Both the position numbers and the translations under genes were made by a program. Shown one piece after another: positions 46,486 to 55,742 of a stretch of DNA of 64,000 nt (its first letter is position 1; every line of letters starts with the position of its first letter). Source of the DNA: Parvibaculum sp. (GTDB lineage Bacteria; Pseudomonadota; Alphaproteobacteria; Parvibaculales; Parvibaculaceae); NCBI RefSeq assembly GCF_039973015.1, contig NZ_JBDWLT010000008.1, positions 554,052-618,051 of the forward strand, in the 5' to 3' direction. The notes beneath the pieces were generated by a model that saw only the letters and a list, made by a program, of their open reading frames with translations, did not search any database and was not told the origin of the DNA.

Positions 46486-46824
46486 TCACCTTTGAGACGT
46501 GGATTGGGTCCGGTGATCCCGGCCTCCTCCGGGACAGGCAAGTGCCGGGATGACAGTTGAGGGTTTGGCCGGCGCAATGCGGTCCGGCTTACCCCTCCCC
46601 AAACGAACTTTCCCGGAAGGGGCCCTTTGCTCTCGTGTCTGCCGCCCCTGGATTGCTTCGTCGCTTTCGGCCCTTCGCTCCGCTCCGGGCGTTCGATGCT
46701 CGAAAAGGTCCACCGGACCTTTTCGTTCGCTGACGCGAACCGTCTCTCACTCTCGCAATGACGAGGCCAGGATGACGCTTCTGACTGGAGCGAGCTTGAG
46801 GAAGCGCGACGGAGCCCCCGCCCC

Positions 46825-46866
46825 GAAATTCGCGAAACGAATTTCGACCCTCCCCGAGGGGAGGGT
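46825..46866 (+). repeat. REP-like double hairpin (family copy 3)
   Basis: GAAATTCGcgaaaCGAATTTC followed by ACCCTCCCCgagGGGGAGGGT. Confidence 0.8.
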
Positions 46867-46885
46867 GGATAGCAAACTCATGTCA

Positions 46886-46924
46886 GCAGCAAAAGAAAGG
46901 CCCGCATTCCGAAGAATGCGGGCC
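46886..46924 (-). terminator. Rho-independent terminator
   Basis: GGCCCGCATTCcgaaGAATGCGGGCC followed on the minus strand by TTTCTTTTGC, downstream of the 46988..47284 gene. Confidence 0.6.
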
Positions 46925-46987
46925 ATAACGATGGCAAGCTCTGGGGGGGGTGAGCCTGCCGCCGGTACTTTCGTATAGTGCTATCCC

Positions 46988-47284
46988 TCAGAACATCGGC
47001 AGGGCGGAAACGGCGGAGAGCGCCAGAAGGCTCAGGCCGGTTGCGATATAGGCCAGCATGTCTTCGCTTGCGCGGCGCGAACGCTGAGGCCGGTCATTCT
47101 GCAGGGAGGTATCCGCGCGGCGCGAACGGCAGCGCGCCAGAATTGTCTCTACTTCGAGTTCATGGGCCGGAGCAGGCGCCGGGCGTCCATAGACGCGGCG
47201 GCCAAATGCGCCAGCAGGCGTCTTTCCGGGTTCAGCGATAAAGCCGCGTTCAAGCCGGTTATATCCAGAAGCGGTGGCGTTCAT
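46988..47284 (-). CDS. Tail-anchored small membrane protein (98 aa), hypothetical
   Basis: MNATASGYNRLERGFIAEPGKTP... with a single C-terminal TM segment (MLAYIATGLSLLALSAVSALPMF). RBS GGAGTAAG. An EcfG-type promoter lies upstream. Confidence 0.5.
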   Translation of the reverse strand: MNATASGYNRLERGFIAEPGKTPAGAFGRRVYGRPAPAPAHELEVETILARCRSRRADTSLQNDRPQRSRRASEDMLAYIATGLSLLALSAVSALPMF

Positions 47285-47328
47285 GCTGCTTACTCCAACT
47301 TGCCCCTGAAGGGCCGCCCCTTCGCAAT

Positions 47329-47353
47329 AACGAGCATCGGGGGCCGTGGTTCC
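47329..47353 (-). promoter_or_regulatory. Sigma-EcfG-type promoter
   Basis: Plus strand AACG-N16-GTTCC (47329-47353), which is GGAAC-N16-CGTT on the minus strand, about 45 nt upstream of the ATG at 47284. Confidence 0.5.
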
Positions 47354-47503
47354 ATGCAAGGGAGCTTGGTCCGGGCGTCACGCTCACTCAACGAGCTTTA
47401 TGTTCGGATTTGTCGAAGACTGTGTGCGTCAGCGCTTTCACAGGGACAAAAAGGCCCGTATTCTGCGGCTTGATCAATCTTCCGCTCACCGACGAGGATG
47501 AGG

Positions 47504-47911
47504 ATGATACGAACTGCCGCCGCGCTTTTTGCCCTTTCTGCTTTTTTCTTCGCGACGCCCGGCTTCGCACCGGAACCCGCCCATGCCGCCTGCACCGCAG
47601 AGGGGCTCATCAATACCTGCCTCGACGATGAAGGCATCAAGGCTGAGGATATGGGCGGCGGCGAAGAAGAAGCTTATGAGCGGCTCGACGGAGGCAGTTA
47701 TGGCGGACGGCCCGACGACGCCGCAACCGGCAAGACCATCACCGTGGGCGGCACAACGGTGACGCTCAGCCAGTCGAAAGACGAGGACCAGCCCTGGCAG
47801 CCCTTCAACCGCCAATTTGCCGATGGCGAGAAAGCGGGGCCGGTGGAGGACCGCCCCCGCGAGAGCGGTAATCCGATGCAGTTCAAATGCTACGCGGATG
47901 GCTGCTACTGA
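47504..47911 (+). CDS. Secreted hypothetical protein with paired cysteines
   Basis: Signal peptide MIRTAAALFALSAFFFATPGFA, CTAEGLINTC near the N-terminus and FKCYADGCY at the C-terminus. The start could be 47498. Confidence 0.5.
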   Translation: MIRTAAALFALSAFFFATPGFAPEPAHAACTAEGLINTCLDDEGIKAEDMGGGEEEAYERLDGGSYGGRPDDAATGKTITVGGTTVTLSQSKDEDQPWQPFNRQFADGEKAGPVEDRPRESGNPMQFKCYADGCY

Positions 47912-47994
47912 AGGCGCCGCGAGAGCGGACAGGCGAACAAGCCGTGTTAAGGTTTCGCAAAAGCACTGACAGGCAGAAAAGCGTTACCCTCTCC

Positions 47995-48867
47995 ATGCTC
48001 CACCCAGGTCCGACCGCACTCGCCCTGATGGCCTTCTTTCTGGCCGCGGCTTGCCCGCTGCCCGCCGTGGCGCAGGTCTGGGAGCCGGGCGACCCGCCGA
48101 GAGAGCGCTATGGCCTTCCCGCAGAGATGCAGGAGGTGCCGGATGTGCCGCCGGACACGGAAACGACAAAAGCCGGGCCACCGAAGACGGAACCAGCGCA
48201 GAGCGCACCGCTCACACCGGCCCCCGCGGCGCCCGCTGCTCGCGCCGCACCTGTTCCTGTTTCCCCCGCCCGCGCGCGCGCCGAGTCTGCGCCCGCAACG
48301 CCTGCACCCGCTGCTGCACCTGAACCTGCCGGGACACCCCGGACGGCAAATGCGGACCCGGACGACTTCCTGTGCACACGCGCGCCGGCAGGCAAGGCAG
48401 TGGCAGTGCCCGCGCCCTTCGACCGGTGGCTGGTGCGCGTCTGCTCGCCCCGGGGCCAGGCGCTCATGCCCGCGCCCGGAGAGGCCTGGGTCGTACATAA
48501 CTCAGCCGATCCCGTTTCCATTCTCGCCATGCCGCCCGGCGCCGTGCCGCCGCCCACCGCGGGTGCCTTCGATGCGCGCTACGACATCCGTTTCGTAAGC
48601 CTTGCAGGCGGCAAGACGGCGGGAGAGCGAGAGGACCGGGCCGCCGCGCTTTTGCAAAGCGCGACGGGACAAGGGACATTGCCCGCTCATGACGCGATCT
48701 GGCAGCTCGACGCCGTAAGCAATGTAGGAGAGACGCGCTACAATCTTTTCTTTTACATAGCGGGCGAACGGCCCGCGCGCATCATCGCCTGCCTCGACCA
48801 GTGCAGACAGGCGCTCTATCTCGACGTGCTGAAAGGCGAGGAAGCGAAAGAAGTTCTCGCCCGGTAG
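47995..48867 (+). CDS. Secreted Pro/Ala-rich hypothetical protein
   Basis: Signal peptide MLHPGPTALALMAFFLAAACPLPAVA, about 100 aa of P/A-rich linker, then a roughly 170 aa globular C-domain with no recognised family. Confidence 0.5.
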   Translation: MLHPGPTALALMAFFLAAACPLPAVAQVWEPGDPPRERYGLPAEMQEVPDVPPDTETTKAGPPKTEPAQSAPLTPAPAAPAARAAPVPVSPARARAESAPATPAPAAAPEPAGTPRTANADPDDFLCTRAPAGKAVAVPAPFDRWLVRVCSPRGQALMPAPGEAWVVHNSADPVSILAMPPGAVPPPTAGAFDARYDIRFVSLAGGKTAGEREDRAAALLQSATGQGTLPAHDAIWQLDAVSNVGETRYNLFFYIAGERPARIIACLDQCRQALYLDVLKGEEAKEVLAR

Positions 48868-48955
48868 CCGCGCGCGATTAATTGACACATAAAATGCCGA
48901 TATATAGAAGCGGTTTCTCCCCGGCGGGGGCCGACATCGCAAGGGACGAGGAAAC

Positions 48956-50062
48956 ATGACCAAGGGATATGAATTCTACGGCGCGGAGGTGAGCTATTTC
49001 TCCGGCAAGGTGCGCGCCTATATGCGCTACAAGCGCATTCCCTTCTCCGAAATCACGCCGACGCGCGACATCTATCGCAATGTCATCATGGCGCGGGTCG
49101 GGTGGCCGGTGATCCCCGTCATCGTGACGCCGGAAGACGAGACCTGGCAGGACTCGAGCGAGATCATCGACAATTTCGAGGCCCGGTTTCCGGAAGCCTC
49201 CATCTACCCCGAGGGGCCGCGCCAGAAATTCGCGGCGCTCATGATCGAGCTGTGGGCGGATGAATGGCTGAAAATTCCGGCGATGCATTACCGCTGGACG
49301 AAGAACCGCGATTTCGCGATCAACGAATTCGGGCGGCTGTCGCGGCCGGATCTCGACGAGGCGGGCCAGCGCACGACGGGGGAGGAAACGGCGAAGCCTT
49401 TTGCCGGGGCGCTGCAATTTCTCGGCGCTACGCCGGAGACGGGACCGGCCATCGAAAAGAGCTATGAGAGCTTGCTCGGCGAACTCGATGCGCATTTCGC
49501 GAAGCATGATTTCCTCTTCGGCACTCGGCCTTCCATCGGCGATTTCGGCCTCTACGGACCGCTCTACGCGCATCAATATCGCGACCCGGCCTCGGGCGAG
49601 ATCATGAAGGCGCTCGCGCCCCATGTCGTGAAATGGGTGCAGCGCATGTCGAAGCCGCCGCATCCGAAGGGCGGCGAATTTCCGGCGCATGACGAGGTGC
49701 CGGACACGCTAACGCCCGTCCTTGCACGGATCATGCGCGAATATCTGCCGGTGCTGCTGAAGACGGCCGACGCGCTGAAAGCCCATGTGGACGCACACCC
49801 CGAGCTTATCGCGGGCAAGGAGCCGCTGCCGCGCGCGCTGGGCACACATGAGTTCACGCTGGAAGGCACAACGGGGAGCCGCGCGATCTTCCCCTTCGAC
49901 CTGTGGATGCTGCAAAGGCCGCTCGATTTTCTTGCGGCGTTGCGCGAAGAACAGCGCGAGGCCGTGATTTCCATGCTAGAAAAAGCGGGCGGGGAGCCGC
50001 TTGCCGATTTTCCGCCTTACCCGCGCCTGACCCGGCGCCAGTTCCGTCTTGTTGTCGAATGA
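48956..50062 (+). CDS. Glutathione S-transferase-like protein (extended)
   Basis: The N-terminal thioredoxin-like GST domain (YGAEVSYFSGKVRAYMRYKRIPFSEI...VIPVIVTPEDETWQDSSEIIDNFE) is followed by a long helical C-terminal region. Confidence 0.7.
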   Translation: MTKGYEFYGAEVSYFSGKVRAYMRYKRIPFSEITPTRDIYRNVIMARVGWPVIPVIVTPEDETWQDSSEIIDNFEARFPEASIYPEGPRQKFAALMIELWADEWLKIPAMHYRWTKNRDFAINEFGRLSRPDLDEAGQRTTGEETAKPFAGALQFLGATPETGPAIEKSYESLLGELDAHFAKHDFLFGTRPSIGDFGLYGPLYAHQYRDPASGEIMKALAPHVVKWVQRMSKPPHPKGGEFPAHDEVPDTLTPVLARIMREYLPVLLKTADALKAHVDAHPELIAGKEPLPRALGTHEFTLEGTTGSRAIFPFDLWMLQRPLDFLAALREEQREAVISMLEKAGGEPLADFPPYPRLTRRQFRLVVE

Positions 50063-50188
50063 GCGATCTGCCGGATGAGCAATAGCGGTTTTTTCTCACG
50101 CCTTTTCGGCCGGCGGCCAGCCGCGACCCACGAACCCGAGGCGGCGCCCGGCGCGCCGCCCGAATTTCCAAAGCCCACAGGAGTCCCC

Positions 50189-50470
50189 ATGTCCAGCGAA
50201 GGTCTGCACGAAGCCAATCTTTCACCGCAAGCGCTCAATCTGCATCGCGCCATTGTGTCGCTGATGGAAGAGCTCGAAGCCGTCGACTGGTACAACCAGC
50301 GCGCGGAAGCCTGCACCGATCCCGAACTGACGAAGATCCTCGAACATAATCGCGACGAGGAGATCGAACATGCGGTAATGGTGCTCGAATGGCTGCGGCG
50401 CAACAATCCGCGCTTCGACAAGGAAATGAAAGAGCGCCTGTTCAAGGACGGCTCTATCGGCAAGGACTGA
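50189..50470 (+). CDS. Encapsulated-ferritin (EncFtn) family ferritin-like protein
   Basis: HRAIVSLMEELEAVDWYNQRAEACTDPELTKILEHNRDEEIEHAVMVLEWLRR matches the EncFtn/Flp motif (ExxH, ELEAVDWY). ATG at 50189 preceded by AGGAG. The in-frame ORF extends upstream to 50075. Confidence 0.7.
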   Translation: MSSEGLHEANLSPQALNLHRAIVSLMEELEAVDWYNQRAEACTDPELTKILEHNRDEEIEHAVMVLEWLRRNNPRFDKEMKERLFKDGSIGKD

Positions 50471-50490
50471 TTGCGGCAGGGCAGGCGCGG

Positions 50491-51279
50491 CTAACGCACC
50501 TGCCCGCCATCGACCACCAGCACTTCGCCGGTGATGAAGGAAGCGCGGGGGCTGGCGAGGAATGCCGCGGCATCCGCGATTTCCTCGACCGTGCCGAAGC
50601 GGCGCAGCGCGACCTCGCGCCTGATCCAGCGTTCCCAGGCTTCCGGGCGCTCCTTCGTGTTCTTGTCCCAGACGCCACCCTCGAAGAGAATGTTGCCGGG
50701 CGCGATGGCGTTGACGCGGAGCCCCTCCTTGCCGGTGAACTTCGCGAGCTGGCGCGTGACATGGTTGATGCCCGCCTTCGAGGCGGCATAGGTGAGCGAA
50801 GTGCCCATCGCATCGACGCCCGCAATCGATGAAATCAGGATGAGGCTTGCGTGTTCGCGGGCTTCGCGCGGCCGCTTCAGGATGCGGCGCGCGGCCTCGC
50901 GGGCGAGATAGACGGAGCCGAAGAGGTTCTGCTTCATGTCGGCGTCCCAATCCTCGTCGGAGACATCGAAGCCGAGCGGCGCGCGCGACAGGCCGACATT
51001 CGCGATGGCGCAATGAAGGGGCCCGAGCTTCTCCTCCGCCGCATCGAGCGCGGCGGCGATCTCGGCGGACGCCGTCATGTCGCCCGCGACGGTGAACAGG
51101 TTTTCCGCTTTCACGCCTTCGGCAATCAGCGCCTTGCGCGCCTCGTCGAGCGATGTCTCTCCGCGCGCGGCCATGCCGACCTTCGCACCCTCGGCGGCGA
51201 AGACACGCGCCATGCCGAAGCCGATGCCGCGGCTCGCACCCGCGATGAAGACATGTTTGCCGGCAAGTTCGAGATTCAT
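50491..51279 (-). CDS. SDR-family oxidoreductase
   Basis: AGASRGIGFGMA and YAASKAG motifs. Start at the ATG at 51279. Confidence 0.85.
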   Translation of the reverse strand: MNLELAGKHVFIAGASRGIGFGMARVFAAEGAKVGMAARGETSLDEARKALIAEGVKAENLFTVAGDMTASAEIAAALDAAEEKLGPLHCAIANVGLSRAPLGFDVSDEDWDADMKQNLFGSVYLAREAARRILKRPREAREHASLILISSIAGVDAMGTSLTYAASKAGINHVTRQLAKFTGKEGLRVNAIAPGNILFEGGVWDKNTKERPEAWERWIRREVALRRFGTVEEIADAAAFLASPRASFITGEVLVVDGGQVR

Positions 51280-51356
51280 GGGTCCCCTCCCCTCTTCGTG
51301 TTTCCGACGAGGGTAGCGGCGATGACGCAACATGCAAGCGACGCCGGGAGAGGGCG

Positions 51357-51668
51357 TCAGAAACGGTCGCCCCGGATCACCATGACGTCCGACACGGTGA
51401 CGATGCCGATATGGCGGCGGACCAGTTCGAAAACGGGTTCGAGAACCTCGTCGATCCTTTCTTCCGCCACGACGATGGCAACCGAAACCATCGCTCCGGC
51501 CGCGGACGGAAGTCCCTCGCGGCTCCAGGCGCCGTGATGACCCTTGCCGCCAAGAACGGGCGAGACCGTGTAACCCGTCACGTCCAGCCGGTCGAGAAGA
51601 TCGGTCAGGCGCTTCTGCGCGGGCGCTTCCAGCAGGATTTCGATGCGCTTCTTGCGATGCATTTCCAT
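51357..51668 (-). CDS. P-II-like signalling protein (SbtB-like)
   Basis: About 100 aa with a ferredoxin-like P-II pattern (KRIEILLEAP...LLDRLDVTGYTVSPVLGGKG...VAIVVAEERIDEVLE), immediately downstream of the SbtA-like permease. Confidence 0.65.
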   Translation of the reverse strand: MEMHRKKRIEILLEAPAQKRLTDLLDRLDVTGYTVSPVLGGKGHHGAWSREGLPSAAGAMVSVAIVVAEERIDEVLEPVFELVRRHIGIVTVSDVMVIRGDRF

Positions 51669-51677
51669 CGGGTCACC

Positions 51678-52658
51678 TCATCCGGCGATACGCTGGGCGA
51701 GCGCCGCATAGAGCGGGATGCCGAGCGAGAGATTGAAGGGAAAGGTCACGCCCAGCGAAAGCGTGAGGTAGATAGCGGGGTTCGCTTCCGGCAGCGCAAG
51801 ACGCATGGCGGCAGGCACCGCGATGTAGGAAGCCGATGCGGCAAGAGTGATGAAAAGGGCCGTGCCCCCGACCGAGAGGCCGAGCAGGACAGCGACAGGG
51901 GCGGCGAAGGCGGCAGAGACGAGCGGAAAATAGATTCCGTAGGCGATGAGCGCGGGCGACAGCTCGCGCGCGCCCTGGCGAAGGCCGCGCCCGGCGACGA
52001 GCCCCATGTCGAGCAGAAAGAGACACAAGATGCCCTTGAACGGGTCGACGATGAAGGGCGAGATCATGTCCATGCCGCGCTCGCCCGTGATCCAGCCGAT
52101 GAAGAAAGCGCCGACGAGAATGACAATGGAACCGTTGGTCGCGACTTCACGCAGCAGCGTGCCCATGCTTTCGCCCGCTTGTTCCTTCGGTGCGGCACGG
52201 CGCGCGAGAAGAAGCGCCGCGACGATGGCCGGCGTTTCCATGACGGCGGCAACGGCGATCAGATAACCCTCATAGGCGAGACCCAGACCGCGCACGATTT
52301 CGGTCGCGGCAACGAAAGTGACGATGGATATCGAGCCGTAATGCGCGGCCACGGCGGCGGCATCCACCGCGCCGAGGCGCGTCGTCATGCGGATAAAAAA
52401 ATATCCCGCAAGCGGGATGAAGAAGGAGAGGAGAATACCGGCCCCGATGGTCAGGGCCATGGACGGGTCGAGGCCGGATTTCGAGACTTCGGCCCCGCCC
52501 TTGAAACCGATGGCCAGCATCAGATAGAGGGCGAGAAGTTTTGCCGCCGCTTCCGGCACCGAGAGATCGGAGCGGATAAGGGCGGCGGCGACACCGAGCG
52601 CGAAGAAAAGCACCATCGGCGAAGCGAGGTTTTGCACCGCCAGGTCAAGGATCGACAA
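51678..52658 (-). CDS. SbtA-like sodium-dependent bicarbonate transporter family permease (DUF897)
   Basis: Polytopic, LDLAVQNLASPMVLFFALGVAAALIRSDLSVPE... is typical of the SbtA N-terminus. Start set to TTG at 52658, 5 nt after AAGGAGG. The ORF track extends to 52739. Confidence 0.75.
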   Translation of the reverse strand: MSILDLAVQNLASPMVLFFALGVAAALIRSDLSVPEAAAKLLALYLMLAIGFKGGAEVSKSGLDPSMALTIGAGILLSFFIPLAGYFFIRMTTRLGAVDAAAVAAHYGSISIVTFVAATEIVRGLGLAYEGYLIAVAAVMETPAIVAALLLARRAAPKEQAGESMGTLLREVATNGSIVILVGAFFIGWITGERGMDMISPFIVDPFKGILCLFLLDMGLVAGRGLRQGARELSPALIAYGIYFPLVSAAFAAPVAVLLGLSVGGTALFITLAASASYIAVPAAMRLALPEANPAIYLTLSLGVTFPFNLSLGIPLYAALAQRIAG

Positions 52659-52799
52659 AGTCACCTCCTTAAAAAAGGCAGCCGGGAGGCTGCCTGGTCG
52701 AGGAAACGCAACGTCAGGCTGGCCACGCGCGGCTTTCATTGCGGGGCCTATCCATGCTGCCTAGACTTGCCAGAAAACATATACGGGAGGAAGCCGGAA

Positions 52800-53624
52800 A
52801 TGGATTACACACAAATCAAAATCGAGAAGCGCGGCAACATCCTGCTTATCACCTTGAACCGGCCGGACAGGCTGAATGCCTGGACGCCGAAGATGGCCGA
52901 GGAGCAGGCGGACGCGATTCAAAAAGCGAATGATGACCCGGATATCGGCGCCATCGTAATGACGGGCGAGGGTCGCGGCTTCTGCGCGGGGGCGGATATC
53001 GAGGGCACATTCAAGACGCGGCTCGACGGGAAAGATCCCGGCAACGACACGGCGGGCGGCTCGGGCGGAATGCCTGCGGGCGTCGACTGGATCGAGCTTG
53101 TGCGTTCGTCAAAGCCGATGATCGCGGCTGTGAACGGACCGGCGGTCGGGATCGGCGTCACCATGATCCTGCCTTTCGACGTGATCGTTGCGTCGGAAGA
53201 AGCGAAGTTCGGCATGGTGTTCGTGAAGATGGGGATCGTGCCGGAACTTGCCTCGTCGCATTTCCTCGTCAGCCGGATGGGCTGGGGCCATGCGAACGAG
53301 ATGATGCTGTCGGGCCGGCTCTACCTGGCGGCGGAGGCGCGCGAGAAAGGGCTCTGCGAATATGTGGTGCCGGGCGACAAACTTCTCGACAAGGCCTTCA
53401 GCATTGCGGCGCAGATCGCGGAGAACCCGTCGCGCCAGTTGCGCATGACGAAGGAGCTGCTGACGCAGAATGCCTGCACGACCGACCTCGCCGCCGCACA
53501 GAAGCGCGAAACCGACGCGCTGAAAATCTGCTGGACGACGCCGGAGCATCACGAGGCGGTGGACGCCTTCCTCAACAAGCGCAAGCCCGACTTCAAGAAG
53601 GCCGCGCAACAGGCGGCGGAATAA
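52800..53624 (+). CDS. Enoyl-CoA hydratase/isomerase (crotonase) family
   Basis: ILLITLNRPDRLNAW...GEGRGFCAGADI...AAVNGPAVGIG. This is the real gene within the artefactual 51411..53624 ORF. ATG at 52800. Confidence 0.9.
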   Translation: MDYTQIKIEKRGNILLITLNRPDRLNAWTPKMAEEQADAIQKANDDPDIGAIVMTGEGRGFCAGADIEGTFKTRLDGKDPGNDTAGGSGGMPAGVDWIELVRSSKPMIAAVNGPAVGIGVTMILPFDVIVASEEAKFGMVFVKMGIVPELASSHFLVSRMGWGHANEMMLSGRLYLAAEAREKGLCEYVVPGDKLLDKAFSIAAQIAENPSRQLRMTKELLTQNACTTDLAAAQKRETDALKICWTTPEHHEAVDAFLNKRKPDFKKAAQQAAE

Positions 53625-53628
53625 ACCC

Positions 53629-54798
53629 ATGACCAGATACGAGGTCGAGCGGATTCCCTTTCATCTGCACTGGCAGGAAAGCTCCCCCTTCAAGGAGACC
53701 TATGCGGGCGCGCTCGACACGATCGTCGTCGAAGGACAATATCTGAAGCCGAAAGGATCGACATCGAAGACGATCCTGATCTTCATGCACCCGACGGGCA
53801 CGATGAACCTGTTGCCGATGCCGAATGCGCTGGCGGCCGCGGGCATTCCCTGCCTCGCCTGCGGAAGCCGCTATCCGCATAATGACAGCGCGCTCATCAT
53901 GGAGAAGGTGCTGCTCGATCTCGGTCATTATGTACGCTACGCCAAGGAGAAGCTCGGCTACGAGAAGGTGGTGATGGCGGGATGGTCCGGGGGCGGATCG
54001 CTTTCGATGTTCTATCAAAGCCAGGCCGAGAAACCGACGATCACCGCAACACCCTGGGGCGACCCTGTGGACGTGGCCGGAGCGGGCCTCATCCCGGCAG
54101 ACGCGGTGTTGCAGCTTGCGGCGCATGTGAGCCGGGCAATCACGCTGACCGAATGGCTCGACCCTTCGATCAGGAACGAACTCGACCCGGACGAGCGGGA
54201 CGTGGAACTCGATCTCTACAACCCGGAAAACCCGAACCAGCCGCCCTATACGGACGACTATATTGCACGCTTTCGCGCGGCGCAGATTGCGCGCTCCGGC
54301 CGGATCGACGCCTGGGCGCGCGGCACGCTGGAGCGGCTGAAGCGCGAGGGACGCCCGCATGAAGAGCGCGCCTTTGTAGTGCATGGAACGATGGCGGACC
54401 CGCGCTGGCTCGACCTTTCCATCGACCCGAACGACCGGAAGGGCCCGAACTGGTGCTTCATGGGCGATCCGAAGACCGTCAACATGATGCCGGCGGGACT
54501 TGCGCGCTACTCATCGCTCAGGGCCTGGCTCTCGCAATGGCCCTACGGAGAGAGCCGGGCAAACGGGCCGAAATGCGCGGGCGACATATCCGTGCCCGTT
54601 CTCGTGATCGAGAACAGCGCCGATGATGGCTGTACGCCCTCCCATGCCGCCCGCATCTATGCAGGCGTGCAACATGACGACAAGGAACTTCGTGTCGTAA
54701 AAGGCGCAACACATTATTATATTGGCCAGCCGGACAAGATGACGGAAGCTGTGGCCATCGTGGCCAAGTGGCTCAAGAAGAAAAAACTACTGGATTGA
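53629..54798 (+). CDS. Alpha/beta hydrolase
   Basis: GWSGGG nucleophile elbow. Fold-level call only. Confidence 0.7.
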   Translation: MTRYEVERIPFHLHWQESSPFKETYAGALDTIVVEGQYLKPKGSTSKTILIFMHPTGTMNLLPMPNALAAAGIPCLACGSRYPHNDSALIMEKVLLDLGHYVRYAKEKLGYEKVVMAGWSGGGSLSMFYQSQAEKPTITATPWGDPVDVAGAGLIPADAVLQLAAHVSRAITLTEWLDPSIRNELDPDERDVELDLYNPENPNQPPYTDDYIARFRAAQIARSGRIDAWARGTLERLKREGRPHEERAFVVHGTMADPRWLDLSIDPNDRKGPNWCFMGDPKTVNMMPAGLARYSSLRAWLSQWPYGESRANGPKCAGDISVPVLVIENSADDGCTPSHAARIYAGVQHDDKELRVVKGATHYYIGQPDKMTEAVAIVAKWLKKKKLLD

Positions 54799-54803
54799 AC
54801 TTC

Positions 54804-55724
54804 ATGAATGTTGTTGTGCGTGAGACGCCGGCGCGGCGAAACCTGCCGCTGCCGGAGGGGGCCATGTCGTATCTCGAATGGGGCTATGACGATCCCGGCA
54901 AGACACCGCTCCATTTTGCTCATGCCAATGGTTTCAACGCCCTTACCTATCAGCGCATTCTCGGCGCGCTCGGTGACGAATTCCATGTGCGCGCCTGGGA
55001 TGCGCGCGGGCACGGGGCAACGACGCTGCCCGCCGACCCCGCGAACCACCGCAACTGGTATGTCTATCGCGACGACCTGATCGCCATGGCCGAGGACTTC
55101 GTCAAGGCGACGGGACAAAAGATCATCCTCGCCGGACATTCAATGGGCGGCACGGCAAGCATCATGGCGGCGGCAGCGCGCCCCGACCTCGTGCGCGGGC
55201 TCGTGCTGGCCGATCCGGTGATGATCCCGTCGGGTGCGCGTTATATCATGATGCTCTCGCAACGGCTCGGCATAGGCGGCAACCCGCTTGCCGACGGTGC
55301 GGAGCGGCGGCGCGCTGTCTTCGCGGACCGCAAAACGATCGTGGATCGCTATGCAGGACGCGGGGCCTTCCGCACCTGGCCGCGCGAATTCGTGGAAGAT
55401 TATGTGGAAGGCGGTACGCGCATTCGCGAGGACGGACAGGTGGAGCTTCTTTGCGCGCCCGCATGGGAGGCGGCGAATTTCCGCGCGCAGGGACACAACA
55501 TCACGCAAGCCGTGCGCAACCTGCATGTGCCTTTCGCGCTGCTTTATGCCGAGCATGGATCGACCTGCCGGGCACGCTATCCAATGCTTCTGAAGCGGCG
55601 CGACCCGAAGGCGCAGGTAACGCAGATCCGCGGCGCCACACATTTCCTGCCGATGGAATTTCCGAAACTCGTCATCGACGAGGTGCGCGCATTTCGGGAC
55701 CGGCTGGAGCGCGAGGGGCGTTAG
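54804..55724 (+). CDS. Alpha/beta hydrolase
   Basis: HFAHANGF oxyanion region, GHSMGG nucleophile elbow, C-terminal GATHFLPME. Confidence 0.8.
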   Translation: MNVVVRETPARRNLPLPEGAMSYLEWGYDDPGKTPLHFAHANGFNALTYQRILGALGDEFHVRAWDARGHGATTLPADPANHRNWYVYRDDLIAMAEDFVKATGQKIILAGHSMGGTASIMAAAARPDLVRGLVLADPVMIPSGARYIMMLSQRLGIGGNPLADGAERRRAVFADRKTIVDRYAGRGAFRTWPREFVEDYVEGGTRIREDGQVELLCAPAWEAANFRAQGHNITQAVRNLHVPFALLYAEHGSTCRARYPMLLKRRDPKAQVTQIRGATHFLPMEFPKLVIDEVRAFRDRLEREGR

Positions 55725-55742
55725 TTTTTCGCCGTACGCCCT

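Noticed and set aside
48150-48360. Apparent short tandem repetition (GCxCCx periodicity) in the DNA.
   Set aside because: It is explained by the Pro/Ala-rich linker of the secreted protein 47995..48867 and is not an independent repeat feature.
50471-51340. Looked for an encapsulin shell gene next to the EncFtn homologue.
   Set aside because: The downstream gene is a convergent SDR oxidoreductase and the upstream gene is GST-like. No HK97-fold-sized ORF is nearby.
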